A DNA stretch of 63,973 nucleotides, filler included. It is 7 parts of 7 records of this genome, joined end to end, with 100 filler letters (N's around TTAATTAATTAA, not from the genome) between each part and the next. Parts side by side here need not be neighbours in the genome. Positions count along the whole stretch, not along the records: positions 1 to 11,670 come from DRR723986_11289; 6 more parts are not named here. One strand, 5' to 3'. A program made the translations under genes and the position numbers. Below the pieces are notes generated by a model that saw only the letters and a list, made by a program, of their open reading frames with translations, was not told the origin of the DNA and did no database searches. Each line of letters opens with the position of its first letter. Position 1 is the stretch's first letter. Below, piece after piece: positions 1-9,155 of this stretch.

Positions 1-29
1 GGCTCGCGCTGCGCTTGGCCGGGATGACG
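1..29 (-). repeat. partial REP-like palindromic element (truncated by window start)
   Basis: Minus strand reads CGTCATCCCGGCCAAGCGCAGCGCGAGCC, resembling the GTCATCCCGG...CCGGGAT short palindromic repeats of Hyphomicrobiales; lies about 90 nt downstream of a stop codon. Confidence 0.5.
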
Positions 30-118
30 AGAGGAGAGGCGCGTGGGCTTGGAGAAGAGAGAAAGAGAAGCCTGCCGACTGCGTGCGCGGAGTGAAAGCG
101 GTCATCCTGACATCCCCT

Positions 119-1045
119 TCAGTAATAGAAGTAACGGGTGAAGTGGAAGAACAGCGGTGCGGTGTAGGTCAGGCTGTCGATCCGGTCGAGGATGCCACCA
201 TGACCGGGAATAAGACTGCCGGTGTCCTTGACGCCGAGATCCCGCTTCAGGGCCGAGACGGTGACATCTCCAACGAACCCCGCGACCGGGATCAGCAGGC
301 CGGCGGCAGCGGCGTGGATCATGTCAAAGGGCGTGACCAGCGGTGCGGTCAGAAGGGACAGAACGAAAGTGGTTGCAACGCCGCCAAGAAAGCCTTCCCA
401 CGTCTTGTTGGGACTGACGCCCGGAATGATCTTGTGACGGCCAAACAGTTTGCCCCAGGTGTATTGGGCAACGTCGTTGAACTGGGTCAGGAACAGGAGG
501 AACAGCAGCAGGCCCGGACCGCCGGTGCTGTTGGCCTCGGTCGCCGGCAGGATCAGGAGGAAAGCCGCGTGGCTGATGGAGAAGACGCATAGCATTAGCC
601 CCCAGTTGAGGGTGCCGACAGCGCGCAGGAAGCCCTCGGTCTGCTGGGTCAGCAGGCTGACGAAGGGCAGGAACAGGAACATGTAGACCGGGATGAACAC
701 CGCGAACATGCCATAGTAGCTGTCGTAGACCCAGAAGTACTGCACAGGGATCGACAGATACGCCCAGAACAGCACCCGCCTGTCAGCCCGGCGGGTGGGG
801 ATCATCGAGAAATACTCTTTCAGCGCCAGGAAGCTGATGAGGGCGAAAACAATGATCGAGACCGTGTTGCTGACCAGGAAGGAGACGGTGAAGATTGCCA
901 CCATCACCCACCAGCTGACGGTGCGCTGAACCAGTTCGCTCATGTTCTTGGCGGAGCGTTTCGAAATCACGAAGACGATGGCGCTGGCAACGCACAGCAC
1001 GGCCCAGATGCCGATCAGGGCCCAATGGATGGTCAGGAGGTTCAT
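119..1045 (-). CDS. phosphatidate cytidylyltransferase, YnbB-like
   Basis: Polytopic membrane protein with SPNKTWEG and KRDLGVKDTGSLIPGHGGILDRIDS CTP_transf_1 motifs; ATG at 1045 overlaps the upstream stop (ATGA). Confidence 0.9.
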   Translation of the reverse strand: MNLLTIHWALIGIWAVLCVASAIVFVISKRSAKNMSELVQRTVSWWVMVAIFTVSFLVSNTVSIIVFALISFLALKEYFSMIPTRRADRRVLFWAYLSIPVQYFWVYDSYYGMFAVFIPVYMFLFLPFVSLLTQQTEGFLRAVGTLNWGLMLCVFSISHAAFLLILPATEANSTGGPGLLLFLLFLTQFNDVAQYTWGKLFGRHKIIPGVSPNKTWEGFLGGVATTFVLSLLTAPLVTPFDMIHAAAAGLLIPVAGFVGDVTVSALKRDLGVKDTGSLIPGHGGILDRIDSLTYTAPLFFHFTRYFYY

Positions 1046-1653
1046 GCGGATTGTTTCTCCCTGATTGCCGCCCTGGCGCGGTTGAAGATGGTGACCGCGG
1101 ACAGCGCCAGCCCGGCACCGAAAAGGATCTGATAAAGGAGAGGCGCGGTCAGGCCAAAGGCCATCAGGAACCCGCAAAGACCGAACAGGGCTGCCCGGTC
1201 GCTCTTGCCGAAGGGGCCGTCATACCGGCGGCTTGCACCGATCTGGACTGCGATCACGCCGGTCATCTCGCCGATGATGGCAAGCACGACCAGTCCGACG
1301 ACAATCGGCCCATCGACAAAGGGGAGGAGTGCGAAGGGCAGGTAGAGCGCAACGTCTGACAGCACATCGCCCAGTTCGTTGAGCACCGCGCCAAGATCGG
1401 ATTTCTGGTCGTGTTCCCGCGCCAGCATGCCGTCGATGGCATTGAGGCCCATGCGGATGAACAGAACCAGCGGCAGCAGGATCAGGGGCAGGAACGAGCC
1501 GGGAAAGATCGAGAGCAGCAGGCCTTCGCCAATCGACAGGCCAAGCGCGGCCAGGGTTACCTGATTGGCTGTCACCCCGTTTGCGGCAAGCGATCTGCAC
1601 ACGGGGCGAAGCAGGTCCTGAAAACGGGACTTCAGCTGGTAAATCGTTGGCAT
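1042..1653 (-). CDS. CDP-alcohol phosphatidyltransferase, YnbA-like
   Basis: NAIDGMLAR...GAVLNELGDVLSD CDP-OH_P_transf motif; TANQVT N-terminal motif. Confidence 0.9.
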   Translation of the reverse strand: MPTIYQLKSRFQDLLRPVCRSLAANGVTANQVTLAALGLSIGEGLLLSIFPGSFLPLILLPLVLFIRMGLNAIDGMLAREHDQKSDLGAVLNELGDVLSDVALYLPFALLPFVDGPIVVGLVVLAIIGEMTGVIAVQIGASRRYDGPFGKSDRAALFGLCGFLMAFGLTAPLLYQILFGAGLALSAVTIFNRARAAIREKQSA

Positions 1654-1734
1654 TCAAAAACTTTCCCGACTAATTTTCGGGAAAGATATAGGTATAGATC
1701 ACCAGGTGCACGCTAGAATTTCAATTACCTGCTG

Positions 1735-2445
1735 TCACTTCCTGACAGGGTGGCGCTGGAGCAGGCGTTTCAGGTGATCAGTAACATTTTCCGGCTCTTC
1801 CAGCGGTGTCAGGTGGCCACTGTGTTCCAGGACGACAAGGTCCGCTGCCGGGATCAGGCTGGCCATGGACCGATGGAGCTCCGGCGGCGTCAACTGATCA
1901 TGATTGCCACACAGCACCAGTGTCGGGCAGGTAATGCCGGTGAGTGACGCGCGGCTGTCGGGGCGTGCAATGCGGGTCTGGCGAATGAAGACGTCCGGGC
2001 CAAGCCGCTGTGTCATGGCACGAACCCGATTGATCATGTCGGAATTTTCCCGGTTTTCCGGGGCAAGGTAGGACTGGGCGAGTTTTCTGCCGAAGCCGTG
2101 GAAACGGCCCGGTTTCGACGCCTGGGCAATCAGTTGTTCGCGCTCTGCCGCGCGTTCCGGCGTGTCAGGCAGCATGGTGGTGTCGAGGAGGGCGAGATGA
2201 GTCACGCGTTCCGGCGCGCGGCGCAGGATTTCCTGAGCGACGATACCGCCGAGCGAAAACCCGGCCAGCGCAAAGCGGTCCTCGCTGGTGGCCAGAACCA
2301 TTTCCGCCAGAGCCCCCAGCGAACTACCGCGTGTTATGTCGGCAACTCGGGGGCGAGCGATGTCAGCGAGACCGGTGATCTGATCCCGCCAGAGATCCGC
2401 ATCGTTCAGGAGCCCCGGAATCAGGACGATCTGCGGCAGGCTCAT
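1735..2445 (-). CDS. alpha/beta fold hydrolase
   Basis: GFSLGG nucleophile elbow, GNHD acid, GHL His; start overlaps the upstream stop. Confidence 0.85.
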   Translation of the reverse strand: MSLPQIVLIPGLLNDADLWRDQITGLADIARPRVADITRGSSLGALAEMVLATSEDRFALAGFSLGGIVAQEILRRAPERVTHLALLDTTMLPDTPERAAEREQLIAQASKPGRFHGFGRKLAQSYLAPENRENSDMINRVRAMTQRLGPDVFIRQTRIARPDSRASLTGITCPTLVLCGNHDQLTPPELHRSMASLIPAADLVVLEHSGHLTPLEEPENVTDHLKRLLQRHPVRK

Positions 2446-3242
2446 GCATCGGCCTCCTGCGCGGAGGCGAGGATTGTCCGGGCACGGATGCGGACCGGTT
2501 CGTCGACCATTGCGCCGTCGACATTGGCTGCGCCATCACCCGAGGCGAGAACACGCCTGGCCCACTCGATTTCATCGAGGCTCGGGGCGAAGGCGCGTTT
2601 GATCTCGGCAAGCTGTCTTGGGTGAATGCAGAGTTTGCCGGTCATACCGAGATCCCGTGCATGGCAGGCGTCTTCAAATGTCTGCGCAGGGTTGTCGAGC
2701 TGTGCAGTGACGCCGTCGATCGGGGCCGCGATGCCGGCAAGCCGGGACGCCAGAACCAGTTCGGAGCGAACGGGCAAGAGCACCTCCTTCAAATGCGCGC
2801 AGCCAAGATCGGCACAATAGTCGATGGACCCGAAAGCCAGTCGAACCACCCCATCGGTGCTTGCAATGCTCCTGGCATTGGCAAGCCCCCTGGTACTTTC
2901 AATGAGCGCGATAACCGGGACCGAGCCTCCCAGGGCAGTGTGGAGCGTGGCAATCTCTCCGGGAGCCTCCGCCTTCGGCAGCATGACGGCATCCGGTGCC
3001 AGCTTGCGAAGAGCCATGACATCCTCCAGGTGCCACGAAGTCCCAGCGGCGTTGATGCGCACGATGACCGGTTTTTCGGTGAAGCCGGTTGTCAGATTGG
3101 CGCGGGCGGCCTCTTTCTCCGATGCGGGGATCGCGTCTTCCAGATCCAGGATGATCGCGTCGGCTTCGGTTGCGGCTGCCTTGGGGAACCGGTCGGGCCT
3201 ATTTGCCGGCACGAACAGAGGTGTCCTGACTGCCGTTACCAT
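2442..3242 (-). CDS. CitE/HpcH-family CoA ester lyase, (S)-citramalyl-CoA lyase-like
   Basis: PLFVPANRPDRF, ILDLEDA, VRIN, LIES, GKLCIHP and DGAMVDEP motifs; start set at ATG 3242. Confidence 0.85.
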   Translation of the reverse strand: MVTAVRTPLFVPANRPDRFPKAAATEADAIILDLEDAIPASEKEAARANLTTGFTEKPVIVRINAAGTSWHLEDVMALRKLAPDAVMLPKAEAPGEIATLHTALGGSVPVIALIESTRGLANARSIASTDGVVRLAFGSIDYCADLGCAHLKEVLLPVRSELVLASRLAGIAAPIDGVTAQLDNPAQTFEDACHARDLGMTGKLCIHPRQLAEIKRAFAPSLDEIEWARRVLASGDGAANVDGAMVDEPVRIRARTILASAQEADA

Positions 3243-4072
3243 GCTGCCGTCGCCTCCATGGCAACCGGGCCGCCAAGCTGCGCGGTCCAGAGCTTCATGG
3301 TTTCTCCCTCCGTTTGCGCGTTCACCGTGAAGTCCGCCGTGTCGAATATGGTCGACAGACTTCGAAACCGGAATGTTTTCGGTGCTCTTTCCTTGAGATC
3401 CGCAGCGAATTGGCAAAGCAGTGTTGCCTGCAAGGGACCGTGAACAATAAGCCCTGGATAGCCTTCCACGTCGCGGACATAGTCCTTGTCGTAGTGGATG
3501 CGGTGCCCGTTGAAGGTCATGGCCGAATAGCGGAATAGGTAGGTGGCCGATGGCGTGATCTGCATGACGTCGTCTCCAGTCGTCGCAGGCGCCGGGGTTG
3601 TCTTCATGCCCGCAACGTTCTGTGCCTCCCGGTAGACGATGTCCTGACGCTCGTTCAAGACAGGTCGGCCGTCAGAAGTGACTTCATGATTGACCGTGAC
3701 GAAACAGAGTGGCCCGGTGCGGCCCTGTTTCAGGACCACATCCCTGACGGTTGACACCCGCCGGACCTCTTCGCCAATCCGGATGTCACCCTGGAAGGTA
3801 AACTCGCCGCCTGCCCACATGCGCCGGGGCAGGGGCACGGGCGGCAGGAAGCCGCCACGGGCTGCATGACCGTCCGGTCCCAGACCGGCTGTCTGAACGG
3901 CCGGCTGAGCAAGGCAGAGATGGATCAGCAGCGGCGCGATATCACCCGGAGCTTCACCTGATGTCCGGTCAAAGGTCGCGTTGAACTGGCGAACCAGTGT
4001 GGGGCTCAAGACCTCCGAGGCGCTGTCTTCGCGCCCTATCCAGCTGCGCAGGTGGTCGATGTCGAGGTCCAT
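3236..4072 (-). CDS. double-hotdog MaoC/HTD2-type dehydratase, itaconyl-CoA/mesaconyl-C4-CoA hydratase-like
   Basis: RRMWAGG and FRYSAMTFNGHRIHYD...EGYPGLIVHGPL motifs; GGAGG RBS before ATG 4072. Confidence 0.85.
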   Translation of the reverse strand: MDLDIDHLRSWIGREDSASEVLSPTLVRQFNATFDRTSGEAPGDIAPLLIHLCLAQPAVQTAGLGPDGHAARGGFLPPVPLPRRMWAGGEFTFQGDIRIGEEVRRVSTVRDVVLKQGRTGPLCFVTVNHEVTSDGRPVLNERQDIVYREAQNVAGMKTTPAPATTGDDVMQITPSATYLFRYSAMTFNGHRIHYDKDYVRDVEGYPGLIVHGPLQATLLCQFAADLKERAPKTFRFRSLSTIFDTADFTVNAQTEGETMKLWTAQLGGPVAMEATAAW

Positions 4073-4074
4073 GA

Positions 4075-5172
4075 TCACGCCTCCAGGGGCTTGAGGGCCG
4101 GGATCGGGCCGTAGCTGCGCGGTTCGCCCGAAAAGATGGCCGCAGGGGCGGGGAAGGAGACCGGGCCATTCGGGCTGTCGACGGTGATACGCCTCAGGTG
4201 CGGATGGGTCGACAGGCCTTCCATATCGTTGACCGAGGCCAATGCGATATTAGCCTCCGTCAGCAACCTGATGGCCGTTTCGGCATCAATTTTCGCAAAG
4301 GCTTCGCCAACAGCGGCATCCGTTTCCCTGCGATTGTTCACACGCGCGACGTTTGTTGCGAACCTTGGATCGGTGCCGAGTTCGGGTTTTCCGATGAAGT
4401 CGCTGCAAAGGGTCCTCCATTCCCGGTCGCTTTGAATGGCGATCAGAATTGCCGAACCTTCCTTTGGCTGGAAGACGCCATAGGGGGCAATCGAAGGATG
4501 GGCGAGGCCGACCCGCTGGGGGCTCTTGCCGCCTTCATGGTTGAGAAGGGGGACGGTCAGCCAGTCGGCGAGAACATCGAACATGGAAACCGAGATCTGC
4601 GCGCCCTTGCCGGTGATCCCGCGCTGGATCAGCGCTTCCAGAATGGCGGTATAGGCCGTTGCCCCGGTGGCGATGTCGACAAGGGAAATGCCGACACGCG
4701 CGGGTTCGTTCGGTCCGCCGGTGATCGAACAAAGACCGGTTTCGGCCTGGATCAGCAAATCATAGGCCTTGCGGTCGGCCATCGGCCCGGTTTCGCCGAA
4801 ACCGCTGATGGAGCAGGTAATGAGGCGCGGATAATCCACCACCAACCTGCCCGGATCAAAACCAAGGCGCGCCAAGGCGCCAGGCTTGAGGTTCTGGATC
4901 AGGACATCGGCGTTTGCGATCAGCTGCGCCAGCCTTTCCTTGCCCTTGTCGGAACCAAGATCCAGCGTGATGCTGTCCTTGCCCCGGTTCAGCCAGACAA
5001 AGTAACTCGACTGACCCTTGGCAACGTCGTCATACCCCCGGGCAAAATCACCTTCGGGCCGTTCGACCTTGGTGACTGTCGCTCCGGCATCCGCAAGCCG
5101 GGACGTGGCGTAGGGGGCGGCCACCGCCTGTTCGATGGCGACGACGTTCAATCCTTCCAGCGGCAAAACCAT
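4075..5172 (-). CDS. CaiB/BaiF family III CoA-transferase
   Basis: EQAVAAP, LADAGA, KVERPEGDFARGYD, LNRGKDSI and AYDLLIQAE motifs. Confidence 0.9.
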   Translation of the reverse strand: MVLPLEGLNVVAIEQAVAAPYATSRLADAGATVTKVERPEGDFARGYDDVAKGQSSYFVWLNRGKDSITLDLGSDKGKERLAQLIANADVLIQNLKPGALARLGFDPGRLVVDYPRLITCSISGFGETGPMADRKAYDLLIQAETGLCSITGGPNEPARVGISLVDIATGATAYTAILEALIQRGITGKGAQISVSMFDVLADWLTVPLLNHEGGKSPQRVGLAHPSIAPYGVFQPKEGSAILIAIQSDREWRTLCSDFIGKPELGTDPRFATNVARVNNRRETDAAVGEAFAKIDAETAIRLLTEANIALASVNDMEGLSTHPHLRRITVDSPNGPVSFPAPAAIFSGEPRSYGPIPALKPLEA

Positions 5173-6332
5173 CAGAACGACCTCGGCAGGCCAAGCACAT
5201 GCTCGGCAACATAAGAAAGGATGAGGTTGGTGGAGATTGGTGCTACCTGGTAGAGCCGCGTCTCGCGGAACTTGCGCTCGACGTCATATTCGCAGGCAAA
5301 ACCGAAGCCGCCATGGAACTGGATGCAGGCATTCGCCGCTTCCCAGCTTGCCTTTGCGGCCAGGTATTTGGCCATGTTTGCCTCCGCGCCGCAGGGAGCG
5401 CCGGCATCGAACAGGCTACAGGCCTTATAGCGCATCAGATTGGCCGCCTCGATCTCGATATAGGCTTCAGCGATCGGAAACTGGACGCCCTGGTTCTGGC
5501 CTATGGGACGGCCGAAGACTTCCCGTTCGCGCACATAGTCAGTCACCTTGTCGGTGAACCAGTAGCCATCGCCGATACATTCGGCGGCAATCAGTGTGCG
5601 TTCGGCGTTGAGGCCGGTAAGGATATATTTGAAGCCTTTTCCTTCCTCGCCGATGAGATTTTCTTCCGGGATTTCCAGATTGTCGAAGAAGAGCTCATTG
5701 GTCTCGTGGTTGACCATGTTCAGGATCGGGCGAACCTCCATGCCTGATTTCATGGCTTGCCTGATATCGACCAGGAAGATCGAAAGGCCCTCCGATTTCT
5801 TCTGCACGTCGGCAAGCGGCGTTGTGCGCGCCAGGAGGATCATCAGGTCGGAATGCTGCACACGGCTGATCCAGACCTTCTGGCCGTTGACGACATAGCG
5901 GTCGCCCTTCTTCACGGCGGTGGTCTTGATCCTGGTGGTGTCCGTGCCCGTCGTCGGCTCGGTCACGCCCATGGACTGCAACCGCAATTCGCCGCTTGCG
6001 ATCTTCGGCAGGTATTTCCGCCGCTGTTCTTCCGAGCCATGCCGCACGAGCGTGTTCATGTTGTACATCTGGCCGTGACAAGCGCCGGAATTACCGCCTG
6101 CACGGTTGATTTCTTCCATGATGACCGAGGCTTCGGTGAGCCCGAGGCCGGATCCGCCGTAGTCCTCCGGGATAAGTGCGGCCATCCAGCCTTCGCGTGT
6201 CAGGGCGTCGACAAATTCTTCCGGATAGGCGCGGACCTCATCGATCTTGCGGTGGTATTCGGCGGGAAACTGGGCACATAGCGCGCGGATGCCGTCGCGA
6301 ATGTCCTGGTAGCTGTCGGTTTGGCTTGTCAT
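5172..6332 (-). CDS. acyl-CoA dehydrogenase
   Basis: IPEDYGGSG, VTEPTTGTD, NGQKVWIS, REVFGRPIG and HGGFGFACEYDVER motifs. Confidence 0.92.
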   Translation of the reverse strand: MTSQTDSYQDIRDGIRALCAQFPAEYHRKIDEVRAYPEEFVDALTREGWMAALIPEDYGGSGLGLTEASVIMEEINRAGGNSGACHGQMYNMNTLVRHGSEEQRRKYLPKIASGELRLQSMGVTEPTTGTDTTRIKTTAVKKGDRYVVNGQKVWISRVQHSDLMILLARTTPLADVQKKSEGLSIFLVDIRQAMKSGMEVRPILNMVNHETNELFFDNLEIPEENLIGEEGKGFKYILTGLNAERTLIAAECIGDGYWFTDKVTDYVREREVFGRPIGQNQGVQFPIAEAYIEIEAANLMRYKACSLFDAGAPCGAEANMAKYLAAKASWEAANACIQFHGGFGFACEYDVERKFRETRLYQVAPISTNLILSYVAEHVLGLPRSF

Positions 6333-6416
6333 GTGGGCTTTTCGTCTGGCGTGTTTGTTGACCGCAGTTAAGCCGCTGAATTGCTATTGAACAAATATAT
6401 GTTTTGGATAGTTATT

Positions 6417-6431
6417 ATATAAATTTTATAT
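6417..6431. promoter_or_regulatory. putative LysR recognition site
   Basis: Perfect palindrome ATATAAA-T-TTTATAT containing T-N11-A, in the AT-rich gap between the divergent operon and LysR gene. Confidence 0.6.
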
Positions 6432-6445
6432 GGTAACTTGTTGCC

Positions 6446-7393
6446 ATGGACATCCGCCAACTCCGCTATTTCCAGGAAATCGTTGCGCAGGGTTCGCTCA
6501 CCCGGGCTGCCGAAAGCCTGCATGTGGCGCAGCCGGCCCTGTCGCTGCACCTGAAGAACATGGAAGAGCAGCTTGGCACCAGGCTGCTGACGCGCAGTCG
6601 CTCCGGTGTCACGCCCACGGAGGCGGGAGAGCTGCTGCTGCAAAGGGCGCGGGCAATTCTCGAGGACCTGGCGCGCACGGAAGACGATATCCGCAATCTG
6701 GAAACAGATCCGTCCGGCATCGTGCGGATTGGTCTGCCGGGTACGATCAGCGCTATGGTGTCGCTGCCGCTGATCCTGGCGGCGCGTGAGCGCTTTCCGC
6801 GGATCACGCTCAATATTACCGAGGCCATGAGCGGTTTCGTTGGTGATTGGCTGAGCGAAGGCAAGATCGATCTTGCCGTGCTTTACAGCCGTTCCAAGGA
6901 TGCACGTATCCGGTCTGAATTATTGCTTGAAGAAGAGCTTGTGGTTCTGTGGCCCGCCGATGCCGAACGTCCGCTGGAAATGAACATGGAGGCACTCGAC
7001 AACGTGCCAATGGTGCTGCCGAGCGGAGCGCACGGCTTGCGGGTGCTGATAGACCGGACGTTCCAGGCGCTGGGCTTTGCACCTGAAATCGCGATGGAAA
7101 TCGACTCCTTCAACAACATCAAACGCCTGGTGGCAGCCGGGTTTGGCCCGTCGATCCTGCCGCTCTACGCGGTGACGGAGGAGGTGGCAGCAGGTTCCCT
7201 TCGTGTCAGCCGCATTGCCGCGCCGGGGCTCTGGCGCGGGGCTCATCTGATGTCGCCGGGTGGACGACCGGTGACGCGGGCGCTGGAAGCGGTGCACGCG
7301 TTGCTGCGCGAGGTTATCCTGGATCTGCGCGACAAGGGGGCCTGGGCCGCTTCCCGGCCACCGCAGGTTTCCGGCACCGAGACTGTCTCCTGA
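6446..7393 (+). CDS. LysR family transcriptional regulator
   Basis: MDIRQLRYF...GSLTRAAESLHVAQPALS HTH; substrate-binding domain; divergent from the catabolic operon. Confidence 0.95.
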   Translation: MDIRQLRYFQEIVAQGSLTRAAESLHVAQPALSLHLKNMEEQLGTRLLTRSRSGVTPTEAGELLLQRARAILEDLARTEDDIRNLETDPSGIVRIGLPGTISAMVSLPLILAARERFPRITLNITEAMSGFVGDWLSEGKIDLAVLYSRSKDARIRSELLLEEELVVLWPADAERPLEMNMEALDNVPMVLPSGAHGLRVLIDRTFQALGFAPEIAMEIDSFNNIKRLVAAGFGPSILPLYAVTEEVAAGSLRVSRIAAPGLWRGAHLMSPGGRPVTRALEAVHALLREVILDLRDKGAWAASRPPQVSGTETVS

Positions 7394-7506
7394 CGGGAAC
7401 AAAACCCGGAGCTCTGTCGTTTTCCCGATACTGCCCTATGCTGGCTGAGCAAGCAGCCTGTCCATGTGTGCAAGGCTTCCCGCTATTTCTGGAGAACCGA
7501 TTGACG

Positions 7507-8232
7507 ATGATCGACGCTGTCCTGCTGACCTCGCCCCGTATTTCCACCTTTGATGACCAGACCTATCTCACGAACGCCAGCAGCTTTTTCTTTGCGCGTG
7601 ATGAGCGCCTGTTTCTCGTTACCAGCCGGCATGTCATGGTGGATGAGCCAAGCGGGCATCATCCCTCCCGTATCGAAATCGAACTCCACAACGACCCTGA
7701 AAACCTGGCCGACTCCATCGCTTTTTCGATCCCGCTTTTCCGGGATGGCAAAAGCCTCTGGCGCCAGGGAGAGGATACCGCAGGCGATATCGACGTTGCG
7801 GTGATCGAGATTGACCGGGCGGCGCTACCTGAAAATATCGTCTATCGGGCCTTCGGGCCGGAACACCTGAGTGACCCGCAAGAGCATGTCGAGATCGGAT
7901 CATCCATTCTGGTTGTCGGTTTTCCGCTCGGGTTTCATGACACGCTCCATCACATGCCGGTCGTCCGCCACGCGGTCGTGGCTTCCTCCTTCGGCTTTCG
8001 GTTTCAGGGCATGGGCTATTTCCTGACCGATGCCCGCACGCATCGCGGCACAAGTGGGGCTCCGGTGGTCATGCGCAATACGGCAGACACCGCAAGCGAA
8101 CTGCCGTGGAAACTGCTTGGCGTTCACTCCGCCCGCCTCGATGTCGGAACGCGCGATCTCGTGCTGGATGAGGCGCTAGGCCTCAATTGCGCCTGGTATG
8201 CGGACATTCTGATGACGCTTACGGAGGGGTGA
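7507..8232 (+). CDS. trypsin-like (S1) serine peptidase domain protein
   Basis: TSRHV (His), DVAV (Asp), GTSGAPV (Ser); GGAGA RBS; no signal peptide or PDZ. Confidence 0.8.
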   Translation: MIDAVLLTSPRISTFDDQTYLTNASSFFFARDERLFLVTSRHVMVDEPSGHHPSRIEIELHNDPENLADSIAFSIPLFRDGKSLWRQGEDTAGDIDVAVIEIDRAALPENIVYRAFGPEHLSDPQEHVEIGSSILVVGFPLGFHDTLHHMPVVRHAVVASSFGFRFQGMGYFLTDARTHRGTSGAPVVMRNTADTASELPWKLLGVHSARLDVGTRDLVLDEALGLNCAWYADILMTLTEG

Positions 8233-8265
8233 CCCCCATCAAAGGCAAACTTCAGCCCTGGAGCG

Positions 8266-8967
8266 TCAGGCGGGTTTGAACCTGTAGTGGCCGGTGATTT
8301 CGAAATCGAACAGCCGGTCTTCCAGCTGCGTTCCAGCACCAATGTTGTGGACCACCATTGGTCGTTCGCTGTCTGCGGAGGCACGGTGACTGACAATCGC
8401 CATGTGCGGCAGGTTTCCAGGCAGCATCTGGGAAACGACGTCGCCGGGCTGATAGTCTTTGGCGTTTGCAGTGACCGGAAGAGCTGCGCCTTTTCGTCTG
8501 AAGAAGGTCTGCAGGTTCGGCACCCGCCGGTGGTCGATGTTCCTGTCCGGGCGTTTGAGACCCCAGATCTTTGGATAGGACGAAAAGTCCGACTTCATGT
8601 CCGCATTAATGGCCGACTGAAGATCGTAGCCGAAAGCGTCGCGGTAGGCTCTGACGACCACATCGGTGCATACACCGCGTTCGCGCGGCAGGTCGCCATT
8701 TGGAAACGGGAGCGAGACATAGGCCGGATCGTAGACCACCGTAACGCCGATCTGGCTTTCTGCCGCCTCAATCAGCTGTCCCGCCCACGCATTGGGCAAA
8801 GCAAAACTTTTTGACGTTGCTTCAGTGGGCGGCGTAGACGGTCCGGCAAGTGCCTTGCTGACGAGCTGCAACCCGGTTTGCAGTCGATAAGCGGGGAGGG
8901 TGTGTGCCGCGTAGGCGCCTCCTGCTGCCAGAAGTCCGGTTCCGAACAGGAATGTACGCCGCTTCAT
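8266..8967 (-). CDS. DUF1287 (YijF-like) protein with Tat-like signal
   Basis: YDPAY, GVCTDVVVRAYR, NIDHRRVPNL and HNIGAG motifs; N-terminal KRRTFL. Confidence 0.85.
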   Translation of the reverse strand: MKRRTFLFGTGLLAAGGAYAAHTLPAYRLQTGLQLVSKALAGPSTPPTEATSKSFALPNAWAGQLIEAAESQIGVTVVYDPAYVSLPFPNGDLPRERGVCTDVVVRAYRDAFGYDLQSAINADMKSDFSSYPKIWGLKRPDRNIDHRRVPNLQTFFRRKGAALPVTANAKDYQPGDVVSQMLPGNLPHMAIVSHRASADSERPMVVHNIGAGTQLEDRLFDFEITGHYRFKPA

Positions 8968-9155
8968 GTGAGAGCTCCCATAAATCTGAAGCCGGAATAC
9001 TGGCGGAGTGGGACCGGAATGGGGCGAGGCGACATTTGACCGATTTTCCCGTTGGGTAAATCAATACGCGTGTCGTCGCGGAAGTCGGTCAATTGCACGT
9101 TTTTTGTTCTCGAAAATTTAATCTGATGAGTCTTTACTGCAGCAAAAGGCGGTAA

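Noticed and set aside
8968-9155. c-di-GMP riboswitch upstream of the cyclase
   Set aside because: Only an imperfect inverted repeat (9036-9092); GEMM consensus not seen
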